Shown here: positions 21,973 through 31,127 of the stretch, in pieces | Numbering within the stretch: the stretch's first letter is position 1 | How the letters are laid out: each line of letters opens with the position of its first letter | From: Patescibacteria group bacterium | GTDB lineage: Bacteria; Patescibacteriota; Patescibacteriia; UBA1558; GWA2-36-10 | Assembly: GCA_041662585.1 (NCBI GenBank) | Contig: JBAZSG010000005.1 | Span: forward strand, 4,181-68,180 | Direction: 5' to 3' | DNA: 64,000 nt | Notes under the pieces: model-generated | What the model was told of the DNA's origin: nothing | Databases searched by the model: none | Seen by the model: only the letters and a program-made list of their open reading frames with translations | Program-made: the position numbers and the translations under genes

Positions 21973-22509
21973 TTATTTTTTAGCGATTACTACACTTAGT
22001 ACAGCACCCATTTGTTGTATACCTTTATCATCAAATGTATACTCGCCTTCTAAGTCTTCTACAAATTGTTTGATTACTTCTTTGGCTTTGTCTTTAAAGG
22101 CATAAGCTTTTTCTCTACCTTTTAGTCTTAATTCTATCTTGACATTATGACCTTTGGCCAAAAATTTTTCTACTTGTTTTTGTTTTACCAACATATCATG
22201 TTGGCCGATTTTTAGTGACAATCTTACACCTTTGGTTTCAATTTGTTTTATTTTTTTTTCGCTTCTACTTTGTTGAAATTTAAATTTGCCATGATCAATA
22301 ATTTTGCATACGGGGGGATTGGCCAGAGGAGAGACCTCTACCAAATCCAAGCCTTTTTCAATTGCCAAAGCCAAGGCTTGTTGAGTTGGCATTACACCGA
22401 GTTGTTCATTTTCTTCTCCAATCACTCGGACTTCTGCGGCACGTATTTGCCTATTCATCCAATATTTTTTGGTCATGATTTTTGCTTTGTTTCTTCTATT
22501 TGTTCTAAT
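21973..22509 (-). CDS. infC: Translation initiation factor IF-3, probable ATT start
   Basis: IRAAEVRVI, LDLVEV, PPVCKIIDHGK; in-frame ATT at 22509, 11 codons upstream of the ATG at 22476. Confidence 0.93.
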   Translation of the reverse strand: MRTNRRNKAKIMTKKYWMNRQIRAAEVRVIGEENEQLGVMPTQQALALAIEKGLDLVEVSPLANPPVCKIIDHGKFKFQQSRSEKKIKQIETKGVRLSLKIGQHDMLVKQKQVEKFLAKGHNVKIELRLKGREKAYAFKDKAKEVIKQFVEDLEGEYTFDDKGIQQMGAVLSVVIAKK

Positions 22510-22531
22510 AACTTTATTTTAAGTTATAAAA

Positions 22532-22918
22532 TGGTGGAGATGAGGGGTATTACACCCCTGTCTGACAAATGTCCTAATACACTTCTACAAGTTTAGTCAA
22601 TCTTGTTGTTTAAATTGTTGGCTCTAAAACTGACAAAAAACCAACAACCGAGTTAGATTGGGGGATTCAAAATATTTGTACTAACACCAAATATTTTTAG
22701 CCTGAAAAAATATGACGCTTCTAGTTAATCTCAGGCAGATTAGCCTAGAAACGGTCGAGGCACTTTTAAGCCAAGACTGGCGCAAAGCTAGGAACTTTGA
22801 AAAGCTCTTTTACTTTGGCAAAAGTGTTTTCTGCACTTAATTTTTTGTAATTTTGGCGAGATTACGAACTCAACTTGCTATATATCACTTCATCTGACAT
22901 CAAATAAAAAACATCCCC
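22532..22918 (-). ncRNA. ssrA: tmRNA; tag ORF 22834-22766 encodes AENTFAKVKELFKVPSFAPVLA*
   Basis: 5' GGGGATG / 3' CATCTCCACCA with G3-U wobble; resume codon GCA after TTAAGT; directly downstream of smpB. Confidence 0.92.
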
Positions 22919-22922
22919 TAAA

Positions 22923-23375
22923 TTAAAAACTCTTTAGTTTTCGTAAAATGCTCCTATTGATATCTTTTCTTTTGATATCTTCTCGTTTGTCAAATTTCTT
23001 TTTTCCTTTAACTAAGGCTATTTTTACCTTAATTAACCTTCGCGTAGTATACACTGAAATAGGTACTATTGTCAAGCCTTTTTCATTGGTTTTATTCGAT
23101 AAATAAGCTATTTCTTTTTTAGTCAAAAGTAATCTTCTATCGGCATCTGTATGGTAATTTTGTTTACTTTGCAAAGAAGCCTTAGAATATATTGGAATAT
23201 GCATTTTTTTGATGTATGCTTGGCCATTTTTGAGAGAAACAAAAGCTCCTTTGAGACTAATATGCCCAGTTTTAATGGATTTTACTTCAGCTCCATTCAA
23301 AGCTAAACCAGCTTCAAACTCTTCTAAAATTTTGAAGTTATGACCGATTTGTTTGTTATGGGCAACTGTAGGCAT
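22923..23375 (-). CDS. smpB: SsrA-binding protein
   Basis: FEAGLALNGAEVKSIK, RRLLL.KKEI, KGKKKFDKRE; ATG at 23375. Confidence 0.95.
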   Translation of the reverse strand: MPTVAHNKQIGHNFKILEEFEAGLALNGAEVKSIKTGHISLKGAFVSLKNGQAYIKKMHIPIYSKASLQSKQNYHTDADRRLLLTKKEIAYLSNKTNEKGLTIVPISVYTTRRLIKVKIALVKGKKKFDKREDIKRKDINRSILRKLKSF

Positions 23376-23490
23376 ATATTTAGTATTTTGTGCGTTAACT
23401 ATAAGATATTTTAGCTTATTTGACAAGAATAAGCATTTAGGTTTAAAAATGCTATTTTTTGTTTATTTTAAAATTCGCTATACTATATAT

Positions 23491-23622
23491 ATGGAAAGTA
23501 GACAAAGGAATATATTGATATCACTAGGTATCATTGTTGTAGTTGTTTTTATATTTACCTTGATAGTTAGATACGGCATGCATATGTTTTTTGATGATTT
23601 TGATTATTTTAAAGCTTTTTAA
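23491..23622 (+). CDS. Small single-TM protein (43 aa)
   Basis: MESRQRNILISLGIIVVVVFIFTLIV; TATACT 6 nt upstream of ATG. Confidence 0.45.
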   Translation: MESRQRNILISLGIIVVVVFIFTLIVRYGMHMFFDDFDYFKAF

Positions 23623-23643
23623 ATATTATTAATAATAAAAAAT

Positions 23644-23862
23644 ATGTTTGGATTAATTTTGGTAATTTTGGGTATCCTTTTCTTGTTTGAAGAAATGGGG
23701 ATTATCCGTGGTGATTTTTGGGGTTATTTTTGGCCAATTATCTTGATTGTTATTGGACTAAATTTGATGAAGAAAGATAAATTTAGTATGGATTGTTGTA
23801 ATTTTTGGGGACAGTCTAAGAAAAAAGATAATAATACTCATAAAGTGGTAGACGAACAATAA
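23644..23862 (+). CDS. Small membrane protein, LiaF-TM/DUF5668-like
   Basis: GLILVILGILFL...FWPIILIVIG. Confidence 0.7.
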   Translation: MFGLILVILGILFLFEEMGIIRGDFWGYFWPIILIVIGLNLMKKDKFSMDCCNFWGQSKKKDNNTHKVVDEQ

Positions 23863-24251
23863 TGAATCAGATTGTTGGAGAAAAAGAATCGCAGGTCACT
23901 ATAAAGCGGTCCAAGTTTTTGGGCTTTGCTTTTTATGTAGCTAGTGTCAAACAAGTAGCTGATATTTTGGAAAGTTTTGAAGGTAAATACAAAGGCTCAG
24001 TACATACAGTCTATGCTTATCGTTTACAAGAAGAGGGAGTTCCATATGAAAAATTTGACAATGACAAAGAGCCAGTTGGTTCAGCTGGCCAACCAATTCT
24101 TTATTTGCTACAAAAAAAAGACATTATGAATTGTTTGATAGTAGTGGTGAGATATTTTGGTGGTGTACTTCTAGGGACAGGAGGATTGGTCAGGGCTTAT
24201 ACTCAAGCAGCACAGGAGACTTTGGAGGATAATTTATGTTTAAAAAAATAG
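23862..24251 (+). CDS. YigZ/IMPACT family protein (N-domain only)
   Basis: IKRSKF, H.VYAYR, DKEPVGSAG, VVVRYFGGVLLGTGGLVRAY. Confidence 0.92.
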   Translation: MNQIVGEKESQVTIKRSKFLGFAFYVASVKQVADILESFEGKYKGSVHTVYAYRLQEEGVPYEKFDNDKEPVGSAGQPILYLLQKKDIMNCLIVVVRYFGGVLLGTGGLVRAYTQAAQETLEDNLCLKK

Positions 24252-24805
24252 AAACTAGAAATATAAATATAGCTGGTCAAGAATATGAATATACTCTTCG
24301 GCGTAGAGCTCGAGTCCGGTATTTAAGGTTGTCTATTGAGCACGATGGAGCGCTTGTTTTAACAGCTCCGTTTACTTATCCAATATTTTTGATAAAACAA
24401 TTTTTGACTAGTCGCATAAATTGGATAGTAGAAGGAGTAAATAAAAAAAAATCTAATCCAACATTATTTGGTATTAGACACAGTGTTATAGAAATAAAGC
24501 AATATAAAAAACAAAGCAGATTATTAGTTGAGGAAAGACTCAAATTTTTTAATCAGCATTATAATTTTAAATATAATAAAATAGCAATTCGTAATCAAAA
24601 AAGCCGTTGGGGGTCATGTTCATCATCAAAAAATTTGAATTTTAATTACCGTTTGGCTATATTAGCACCTGAATTAGCTGATTATATTATTGTTCATGAA
24701 CTTTGTCATTTACAAGAAATGAACCATTCTGTCAAGTTTTGGTCCTTAGTTGAAAAGACTATTCCAGATTATAAAAAAAGACAGAAACAATTAAAGAAAA
24801 TTTAG
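24236..24805 (+). CDS. YgjP/DUF45 metal-dependent hydrolase
   Basis: KSRWGSCS, DYIIVHELCHL.EMNHS..FW. Confidence 0.9.
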   Translation: MFKKIETRNINIAGQEYEYTLRRRARVRYLRLSIEHDGALVLTAPFTYPIFLIKQFLTSRINWIVEGVNKKKSNPTLFGIRHSVIEIKQYKKQSRLLVEERLKFFNQHYNFKYNKIAIRNQKSRWGSCSSSKNLNFNYRLAILAPELADYIIVHELCHLQEMNHSVKFWSLVEKTIPDYKKRQKQLKKI

Positions 24806-24901
24806 CTAACTTTAGCTAAATTTTTTGATTATTAATAATTTGAAAAAAGCAGCTACTTCTGTTAAAATTATTAATACTAAGTATAATAAATAATAAATAT
24901 T

Positions 24902-25402
24902 ATGAATGGCAAGACAAAAGCAAGAGAAGATTTTTTATCTTGGGATGATACTTTTATGCTTATGGCTGATCTTATAGCCAAAAGGTCAAAGGACCCCTCT
25001 ACACAAACTGGTTCAGTTATAGTTGATCAAAATAATGTTGTTCTTGGGTTGGGGTATAATGGTTTTCCTCGTGGCACAAAAGAAGGTGATTTTCCTTGGG
25101 ATAGAGAGGGTGGTTATGAAAAAGACGAATTTTTAAAAACCAAATATCCTTATGTAGTGCACGCTGAAGTAAATGCCATATTTAATTCTAATAACAAAAT
25201 TGAAGGAGCTAAAATGTATTGTCATCTTTTTCCTTGTAATGAGTGTGCTAAAGCCATAATTCAAAATGGTGTTAAAGAATTAATATATCAAGAAGATAAA
25301 TATAATGACGTTGATATTTTTCAAGCATCTCGAAAACTTTTTGATGCAGCCGGAATAAAAGTTCGTCAATATATACCAACTAAAAAATTAGAAATAAAGT
25401 AA
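24902..25402 (+). CDS. dCMP deaminase
   Basis: RSKDP, GYNG, HAEVNAI, PCNEC. Confidence 0.93.
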   Translation: MNGKTKAREDFLSWDDTFMLMADLIAKRSKDPSTQTGSVIVDQNNVVLGLGYNGFPRGTKEGDFPWDREGGYEKDEFLKTKYPYVVHAEVNAIFNSNNKIEGAKMYCHLFPCNECAKAIIQNGVKELIYQEDKYNDVDIFQASRKLFDAAGIKVRQYIPTKKLEIK

Positions 25403-25944
25403 TGGCAAAGATAATTTTGGGATTTACAGGGCTTATAGCAAGTGGTAAAGGGACTGCTGCTGAATACTTAAAAGAAAAATATGGAGCAGATACTTTTCGT
25501 TTTTCTACAATGTTAAGAGATGTAATGGATCGTTTATATATACCCCAATCAAGAGAAAATTTTCAAATCATCTCACCTGTCTTAAGAAAAGCTTTTGGGC
25601 AGGACTTGATGGCTAAAGTAATGGCGGAAGATGTTAAAAATTCTAAAGCAGAGATAATAGTTGTAGAGGGAATGCGTCGACCAGCAGATATAGAATATTT
25701 AAAAGATGTTCCTGGTTTTAGAATGGTAGCTATAGATGTGGACATTAAAACACGTTATGAGAGACTTATAAAACGGAGTGAGAATACAGATGATATAACA
25801 AAAACTTTTGAACAGTTTAAAAAAGAGCATGAAGCAGAAACAGAAATTTATATTCCAGAATTAATGAAACAAGCAGATTTTACAATTGATAATAATGGGA
25901 CATTAGAAGAATTATACAAACAATTAGACAAATTATTAAAATGA
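25402..25944 (+). CDS. P-loop (deoxy)nucleoside monophosphate kinase-like protein
   Basis: [25 protein letters not shown]; sits in the dTTP operon. Confidence 0.75.
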   Translation: MAKIILGFTGLIASGKGTAAEYLKEKYGADTFRFSTMLRDVMDRLYIPQSRENFQIISPVLRKAFGQDLMAKVMAEDVKNSKAEIIVVEGMRRPADIEYLKDVPGFRMVAIDVDIKTRYERLIKRSENTDDITKTFEQFKKEHEAETEIYIPELMKQADFTIDNNGTLEELYKQLDKLLK

Positions 25945-26837
25945 AACAATATTTAGATTTACTGCAAAAAATAATGGATGAGGGTGTAGATAAAGGTGAC
26001 CGCACTGGCGTGGGTACACGCAGTGTTTTTGGTGCTCAAGCTAGATTTGATTTGTCCGAAGGTTTCCCGCTACTGACCACCAAAAAAATGTTTTTAAAAG
26101 CCATTATTCATGAGCTGATTTGGTTTGTGAGAGGTGATACCAATATCAAATATTTAGTTGACAATGGTGTCAGGATTTGGAATGAATGGCCTTACCAAAA
26201 ATACTTAGAGGCTAATAATCTGGCTGATAAATACAAAAAATATACTCCCGAGTGGGAAGAGAAAATGGCCGAATTTGTGGAGAATGTTAAGAGTGATGCT
26301 GAGTTTGCTAGCAAGTGGGGAGATTTGGGACCAGTGTATGGCAAACAATGGCGAGATTTCGGAGGAGTAGATCAGTTGATGGATATAATAGAAAGAATAA
26401 AGAAAAATCCCAATGACAGACGCATGATAGTTTCAGCTTGGAATCCACCAGAGATTCCTCAGATGGCTTTGCCACCTTGTCATTTACTTTTTCAATTTTA
26501 TGTGGCTGACGGAAAATTGTCACTACAAATGTATCAGCGTAGTTGTGATACATTTCTAGGTGTACCATTTAATATTGCTTCTTATTCACTGCTACTTATG
26601 ATGGTTGCTCAAGTAACAGGACTTAAACCTGGAACATTTGTGCATGTCTATGGTGATTTACATATTTATACTAATCATTTTGATCAAGTTAAAGAACAAT
26701 TATCTAGGCAGCCCAAGCCACTACCAATTATGAAAATCAATCCAGCTGTCAAAAAGATTGAAGATTTTGTTTATGAAGATTTTACTTTAGAGGGTTACGA
26801 TCCTTATCCAACTATTAAAGCACCGATTGCTGTATAA
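25941..26837 (+). CDS. thyA: Thymidylate synthase
   Basis: DRTGVGT, MALPPCH, YQRSCD.FLGVPFN, HIY.NH. Confidence 0.98.
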   Translation: MKQYLDLLQKIMDEGVDKGDRTGVGTRSVFGAQARFDLSEGFPLLTTKKMFLKAIIHELIWFVRGDTNIKYLVDNGVRIWNEWPYQKYLEANNLADKYKKYTPEWEEKMAEFVENVKSDAEFASKWGDLGPVYGKQWRDFGGVDQLMDIIERIKKNPNDRRMIVSAWNPPEIPQMALPPCHLLFQFYVADGKLSLQMYQRSCDTFLGVPFNIASYSLLLMMVAQVTGLKPGTFVHVYGDLHIYTNHFDQVKEQLSRQPKPLPIMKINPAVKKIEDFVYEDFTLEGYDPYPTIKAPIAV

Positions 26838-26839
26838 TT

Positions 26840-27325
26840 ATGTCAAAACCAATTATCAGTTTAATAGCAGCCATTGCCAAAGATAGAGGCATAGGATACC
26901 AAAATAAATTACTGGTGCATTTGTCACCAGATTTACAGCATTTTAAATCTGTTACTTCTGGACATATGGTTATCATGGGTCAGAATACCTATGAATCAAT
27001 GGGTAAGGCATTGCCCAAGCGAGAAAATATAGTATTAACCCGTGATCCAAATTTTAAAGTTGGCGATGCTAAAGTAATGTATTCTATTGAAGAAGCGTTA
27101 GAGTATGCTAAAAACTCTAGTGAAGAAGAAATTTTTTTTATTGGTGGAGCATCTATTTATGCTCAGTCAATTAAATTTGCCGATAAACTGTATTTGACTT
27201 TGATTGATAAGATTTGGCCAGCTGATACTTTTTTTCCGGAGTATGAAGAATTTAAATTAGTATCAGAATCTGACATGCAAGATTATAATGGTATTAAATT
27301 TAAATATATAGAATTAACCAAATAA
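26840..27325 (+). CDS. folA: Dihydrofolate reductase
   Basis: IAAIA..RGIG, DLQHFK, VIMG, LPKRENIVLT, IGGASIY. Confidence 0.95.
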   Translation: MSKPIISLIAAIAKDRGIGYQNKLLVHLSPDLQHFKSVTSGHMVIMGQNTYESMGKALPKRENIVLTRDPNFKVGDAKVMYSIEEALEYAKNSSEEEIFFIGGASIYAQSIKFADKLYLTLIDKIWPADTFFPEYEEFKLVSESDMQDYNGIKFKYIELTK

Positions 27326-27330
27326 ATATC

Positions 27331-27570
27331 ATGTGGGATTTAATATCACAGTGGTTTATTGCTATATTAGGAGTGTTGGCTATTGTCATGGTGGCTAAGA
27401 AAAATAAGTGGGGTTTTGTAATCGGTTTAATTTCTCAACCATTTTGGTTTATTACTTCTTTTTCAAATCACCAATGGGGAGTGTTTATTATGAGTTTTGC
27501 CGCCACGGCTAGTTGGATGTTGGGTGTTTATGAATGGTTTTATAAAAAAGAAAATGAAAATAAAAGCTAA
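27331..27570 (+). CDS. Small 3-TM protein, half-PnuC/SemiSWEET-like
   Basis: KKNKWGFVIGLISQPFW...GVYEW pattern; three hydrophobic helices. Confidence 0.6.
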   Translation: MWDLISQWFIAILGVLAIVMVAKKNKWGFVIGLISQPFWFITSFSNHQWGVFIMSFAATASWMLGVYEWFYKKENENKS

Positions 27571-27976
27571 AAAAATATATCCAGATGCAATATTGCCTCA
27601 AGCTATGCGAAAAGGTGATGCTGCTTTTGATATTTATTCATACAAAGATTATGCATTACAGCCTGGACAGAGTATTTTGGCTCAAACAGGCGTAGCGCTG
27701 GCCATACCATTTGGATATTGGGGGAACATTAGAGATAGGAGTGGTTTGGCCGCTAAACACAATATTCATACTATGGCCGGTGTGATAGATTCAAATTATA
27801 GGGGAGAAATAAAAATATCCTTAATTAATTTAGGACAGGAAATATATAATATAAAAAAGGGAGACAGAATTTGTCAAATGATAATAGAACGTCATGAGCA
27901 AGTAGAATTAGACGAAGTGGAAAAATTGGATGAGACTAATAGAGGCGAAGATGGTTTTGCCTCTAGTGGATATTAA
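27554..27976 (+). CDS. dut: dUTP pyrophosphatase
   Basis: AAFDI, RSGLA, GVIDSNYRGEI, GDRICQ, RGEDGFASSG. Confidence 0.95.
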   Translation: MKIKAKKIYPDAILPQAMRKGDAAFDIYSYKDYALQPGQSILAQTGVALAIPFGYWGNIRDRSGLAAKHNIHTMAGVIDSNYRGEIKISLINLGQEIYNIKKGDRICQMIIERHEQVELDEVEKLDETNRGEDGFASSGY

Positions 27977-27977
27977 T

Positions 27978-28601
27978 ATGGATAAAGGAAAATTTATAGT
28001 AATAGAAGGAGGAGATAAATCTGGTAAAAGTACCCAGATTGCTTTGTTAAAAGATTATTTAGAATCAAAAAATATTGATTTTGTTTTAACTAGAGAACCA
28101 GGTGGCAAAGGATCAGTGATAGCTGAAAAGATTAGAGCCATAATTTTGGACAAAAATCACAAAGAAATGGATTCACGAACAGAGCTATTATTATTTTTAG
28201 CTTCTCGGGCTCAACATGTAGCAGAAATAGTAAAACCGGCCTTGGAAGAAGGTAAGGTAGTAGTATGTGATCGTTTTGATTCTTCTACTTTTGCTTATCA
28301 AGGAGCAGCTCGCAAGCTTGATGTAGAAACAATAAAAGCCATAAATAATTGGGCTAAGTATGGATTAGAAGCGGATTTGGTTATTTATTTGGATATTTCT
28401 CCAGAAGAAGCCGAAAATAGACGTCGTGGTGATAAACATGATAGACTAGATAGAGAGACACAAGAATTTCATCAGGCTGTTAGACAAGGATATTTAGCTC
28501 AAGCCAAAAACAATAATAAGTGGTTTGTAATATCAGCTGTGGGAGAAATAAATGATATTGCTAGTAAGATTTCTGATAAAATAATGATTTTGCTTAAATA
28601 G
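27978..28601 (+). CDS. tmk: Thymidylate kinase
   Basis: FIVIEGGDKSGKSTQ, TREPGG, CDRFDSSTFAYQG. Confidence 0.95.
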   Translation: MDKGKFIVIEGGDKSGKSTQIALLKDYLESKNIDFVLTREPGGKGSVIAEKIRAIILDKNHKEMDSRTELLLFLASRAQHVAEIVKPALEEGKVVVCDRFDSSTFAYQGAARKLDVETIKAINNWAKYGLEADLVIYLDISPEEAENRRRGDKHDRLDRETQEFHQAVRQGYLAQAKNNNKWFVISAVGEINDIASKISDKIMILLK

Positions 28602-28631
28602 ATATAATAGTTGATTATTATTGCGACAAAT

Positions 28632-28678
28632 CCTACACTAGATGCGACTTTGCGTAGCAACGGAGCAATCTGTGTAGG
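28632..28678. repeat. 47-bp palindromic element, copy 1
   Basis: CCTACACTAGATGCGACTTTGCGTAGCAACGGAGCAATCTGTGTAGG; core identical to 31066-31112. Confidence 0.85.
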
Positions 28679-28703
28679 AGAGGAGCAATATGAATATAGA
28701 TTT

Positions 28704-30212
28704 ATGAGTAAATACGAAACAATTATTGGATTAGAAATTCACTTGCAGCTCAAGACGAAGAGCAAGATGTTTTGCGCTTGTTCAAATGATGCCGAAGGCA
28801 AAGAGCCGAATACTTTGGTTTGTTCGATTTGTTTGGGTCATCCAGGTACACTGCCAACTGTCAATAAAGAAGCTATCAAGATGGCTATGATGATGTCTTT
28901 GGCTATAAATTGCAAGATAAACAAACAATCAAAATTTGATCGCAAAAATTATTTTTATCCAGATTTGCCCAAAGGATATCAGATATCTCAATTTGACGAA
29001 CCATTGGCTCATAATGGACATTTGATTATTGAAGTAGAAGGTCAGACTTGGAGTATTGGTATTGAAAGACTTCACCTTGAAGAAGATGCTGCCAAAAATA
29101 TTCATAAAGGCAATAAGACTTTGGTGGATTATAATAGAGGAGGCACACCGCTAGCCGAGATTGTTACCAAACCAGATTTTAAAAGTCCCAAAGAAACCAA
29201 AGAATTTTTACAACAACTAAGGCTCATTGCTCGTTATTTGGGAGTATCTGATGCTGACATGGAAAAAGGACACCTGAGGTGTGATGCCAATATATCTCTA
29301 AGACCAATAGGTGACCATGACCTCTATGCCAAAACTGAAGTCAAAAATCTCAATTCATTTAAGGCAGTTGAGAAAGCTTTGATGTTTGAGGAAAAAAGAC
29401 AAGCTAAACTTTGGGATGAAGGTAAGGCTCCTCAAAAGACAGAAACTCGTGGTTGGGATGAAGACAAAGGTGAAACAGTTGCTCAGCGTAGCAAAGAAGG
29501 ATCTTCTGATTATCGGTATTTTCCAGAGCCTGATTTACCACCTCTGATTATTTCTGACAATTTGATGCAAGAGGTATTGTCTTTGATGCCAGAGCTACCA
29601 TATGATAAAAAGGCTAGATTTGTAAAAGAATATGAACTCAAAGGAGATGATGCTTGGATTTTGGTCAATCAAAAAGTGTGGGCCAATTATTTTGAGGAAG
29701 TAATGTCTGATTTGAGAGCTTGGCTTTTTAAAGCCAATGGTTTGTCTGAAGATAGTGAAGCAGCTGCTAATTTGTGGGGTAAAGAAAAAATCAAGCTATC
29801 AAAACTTACTTTCAATTGGATAAGCTCGGAATTATTTGGACTTTTACCTAGCAATTTTGATATTAAAGATTTAAAGATTAGTGCTGAAAATATGGCAGAA
29901 TTTATTAGTTTAATTTATAGAAAAATCATCAATAGTTCTGCAGGACAAATTATACTTAAAGAAATGTTTGCTGGTGCTGATGATGATCCAAGTCATATTG
30001 CTGATCGTTTGAATTTAATACAAATTGATGATGACATAGCAATTGAAACAACCGTATTAGCTGTTATGGAGGCAAATCCAGATCAAGTTGCTAAATATAG
30101 AGCTGGCAAGGATACTTTATTTAAATTTTTTGTAGGAAAAGTTATGGCTATGAGTAAGGGTAGAGCCAATCCACAAAAAGCTGAAGAGATACTGAAGAAA
30201 AAATTAAAATAA
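28704..30212 (+). CDS. gatB: Asp/Glu-tRNA amidotransferase subunit B
   Basis: IGLEIH, RKNYFYPDLPKGYQISQ, LRCDANIS, YRYFPEPDL; true start MSKYE at 28704. Confidence 0.97.
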   Translation: MSKYETIIGLEIHLQLKTKSKMFCACSNDAEGKEPNTLVCSICLGHPGTLPTVNKEAIKMAMMMSLAINCKINKQSKFDRKNYFYPDLPKGYQISQFDEPLAHNGHLIIEVEGQTWSIGIERLHLEEDAAKNIHKGNKTLVDYNRGGTPLAEIVTKPDFKSPKETKEFLQQLRLIARYLGVSDADMEKGHLRCDANISLRPIGDHDLYAKTEVKNLNSFKAVEKALMFEEKRQAKLWDEGKAPQKTETRGWDEDKGETVAQRSKEGSSDYRYFPEPDLPPLIISDNLMQEVLSLMPELPYDKKARFVKEYELKGDDAWILVNQKVWANYFEEVMSDLRAWLFKANGLSEDSEAAANLWGKEKIKLSKLTFNWISSELFGLLPSNFDIKDLKISAENMAEFISLIYRKIINSSAGQIILKEMFAGADDDPSHIADRLNLIQIDDDIAIETTVLAVMEANPDQVAKYRAGKDTLFKFFVGKVMAMSKGRANPQKAEEILKKKLK

Positions 30213-30941
30213 AAAATCTTTAATCAATTTTTTAATTTCAGTTTTACTTTTATTCCAGTATATTTTGATGCCTTGTTTTTCCATCCGTCTGAACCAAGTC
30301 ATTTGTCGTTTGGCATAATGTCTAGTATCTTGTTTTATTTTTTCTATAGCTTTTTCTAGGCTAGTTTTATTGTCCAGATACTCTATTATTTGTCTGTAGC
30401 CAATGCCACTCAAAGATACTAGTTTTTTATTGGGATATTTTTTGTATATCTTTTTTACTTCAGCTATAGAGCCATCACGAAGCATTTTATCAACACGCTT
30501 ATTGATTTTATTATATAATTTTTCTCTATCTGGATTAATGCCTAGTACTATAAATTCATAAGGACATTCTCTTAAAGATGGTCTTTGGGGATGCATATCA
30601 TAATTTTGGATAACAGAACAAATGTATAAGCCAGTGCCACCACAAATAATAGGTATTTTATTATTTTTTAGTATTTTTTTTATTTTAGCAAAAGCAGCTT
30701 GTTGCCAATTGTATAGGGAATAGTCTTGATCAGGATTCACTACATCCAATAGATGGTGTTTTATACCAGCCATTTCGCTTTTAGTAATTTTGTTGCTAGC
30801 AATATCCATACCTTTGTATATTTGACGAGAGTCAGCAGAAATTATTTCACCATTAAAATTTTTAGCAACATAAACTGCCAAAGCTGATTTTCCAGAAGCC
30901 GTTGGACCTAAAATTATTATTATTTTTTGTTTATTTTTCAT
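30204..30941 (-). CDS. miaA: tRNA dimethylallyltransferase (short form)
   Basis: GPTASGKS, ISADSRQIY, GGTGLY, GIGY, YAKRQMTWF. Confidence 0.93.
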   Translation of the reverse strand: MKNKQKIIIILGPTASGKSALAVYVAKNFNGEIISADSRQIYKGMDIASNKITKSEMAGIKHHLLDVVNPDQDYSLYNWQQAAFAKIKKILKNNKIPIICGGTGLYICSVIQNYDMHPQRPSLRECPYEFIVLGINPDREKLYNKINKRVDKMLRDGSIAEVKKIYKKYPNKKLVSLSGIGYRQIIEYLDNKTSLEKAIEKIKQDTRHYAKRQMTWFRRMEKQGIKIYWNKSKTEIKKLIKDFLF

Positions 30942-30990
30942 TATCTATTTATTGTTCTTTCTTTGTGTCTACAACGCCTAGCTGCTAGCG

Positions 30991-31030
30991 CAGAAGCCGT
31001 TGGTCCTAAAACTACTATTATTTTTTGTTT
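30991..31030 (-). pseudogene. Duplicated miaA 5' fragment
   Basis: 37/40 nt identical to 30893-30932; encodes KQKIIVVLGPTAS, then diverges. Confidence 0.75.
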
Positions 31031-31065
31031 GTCTTTTTTTGGCGTATTTATTTCATTACGAGTAA

Positions 31066-31112
31066 CCTGTGCCAGATGCGACTTTGCGTAGCAACGGAGC
31101 AGTCGGCGCAGG
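31066..31112. mobile_element. 47-bp palindromic element, copy 2, flanked by a 9-bp direct repeat
   Basis: CCTG...CAGG ends; TACGAGTAA at 31057-31065 and 31113-31121. Confidence 0.65.
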
Positions 31113-31127
31113 TACGAGTAATAATTT

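Noticed and set aside
22243-22596. 117-aa plus-strand ORF and other short antisense ORFs in the track (e.g. 32820, 49635, 53697, 62771)
   Set aside because: Shadows of well-supported genes or tmRNA on the opposite strand or another frame, with no motifs.
28611-28703. N-terminal extension of GatB
   Set aside because: Consists of the 47-bp palindromic element read from a TTG; homology begins at MSKYE (28704).
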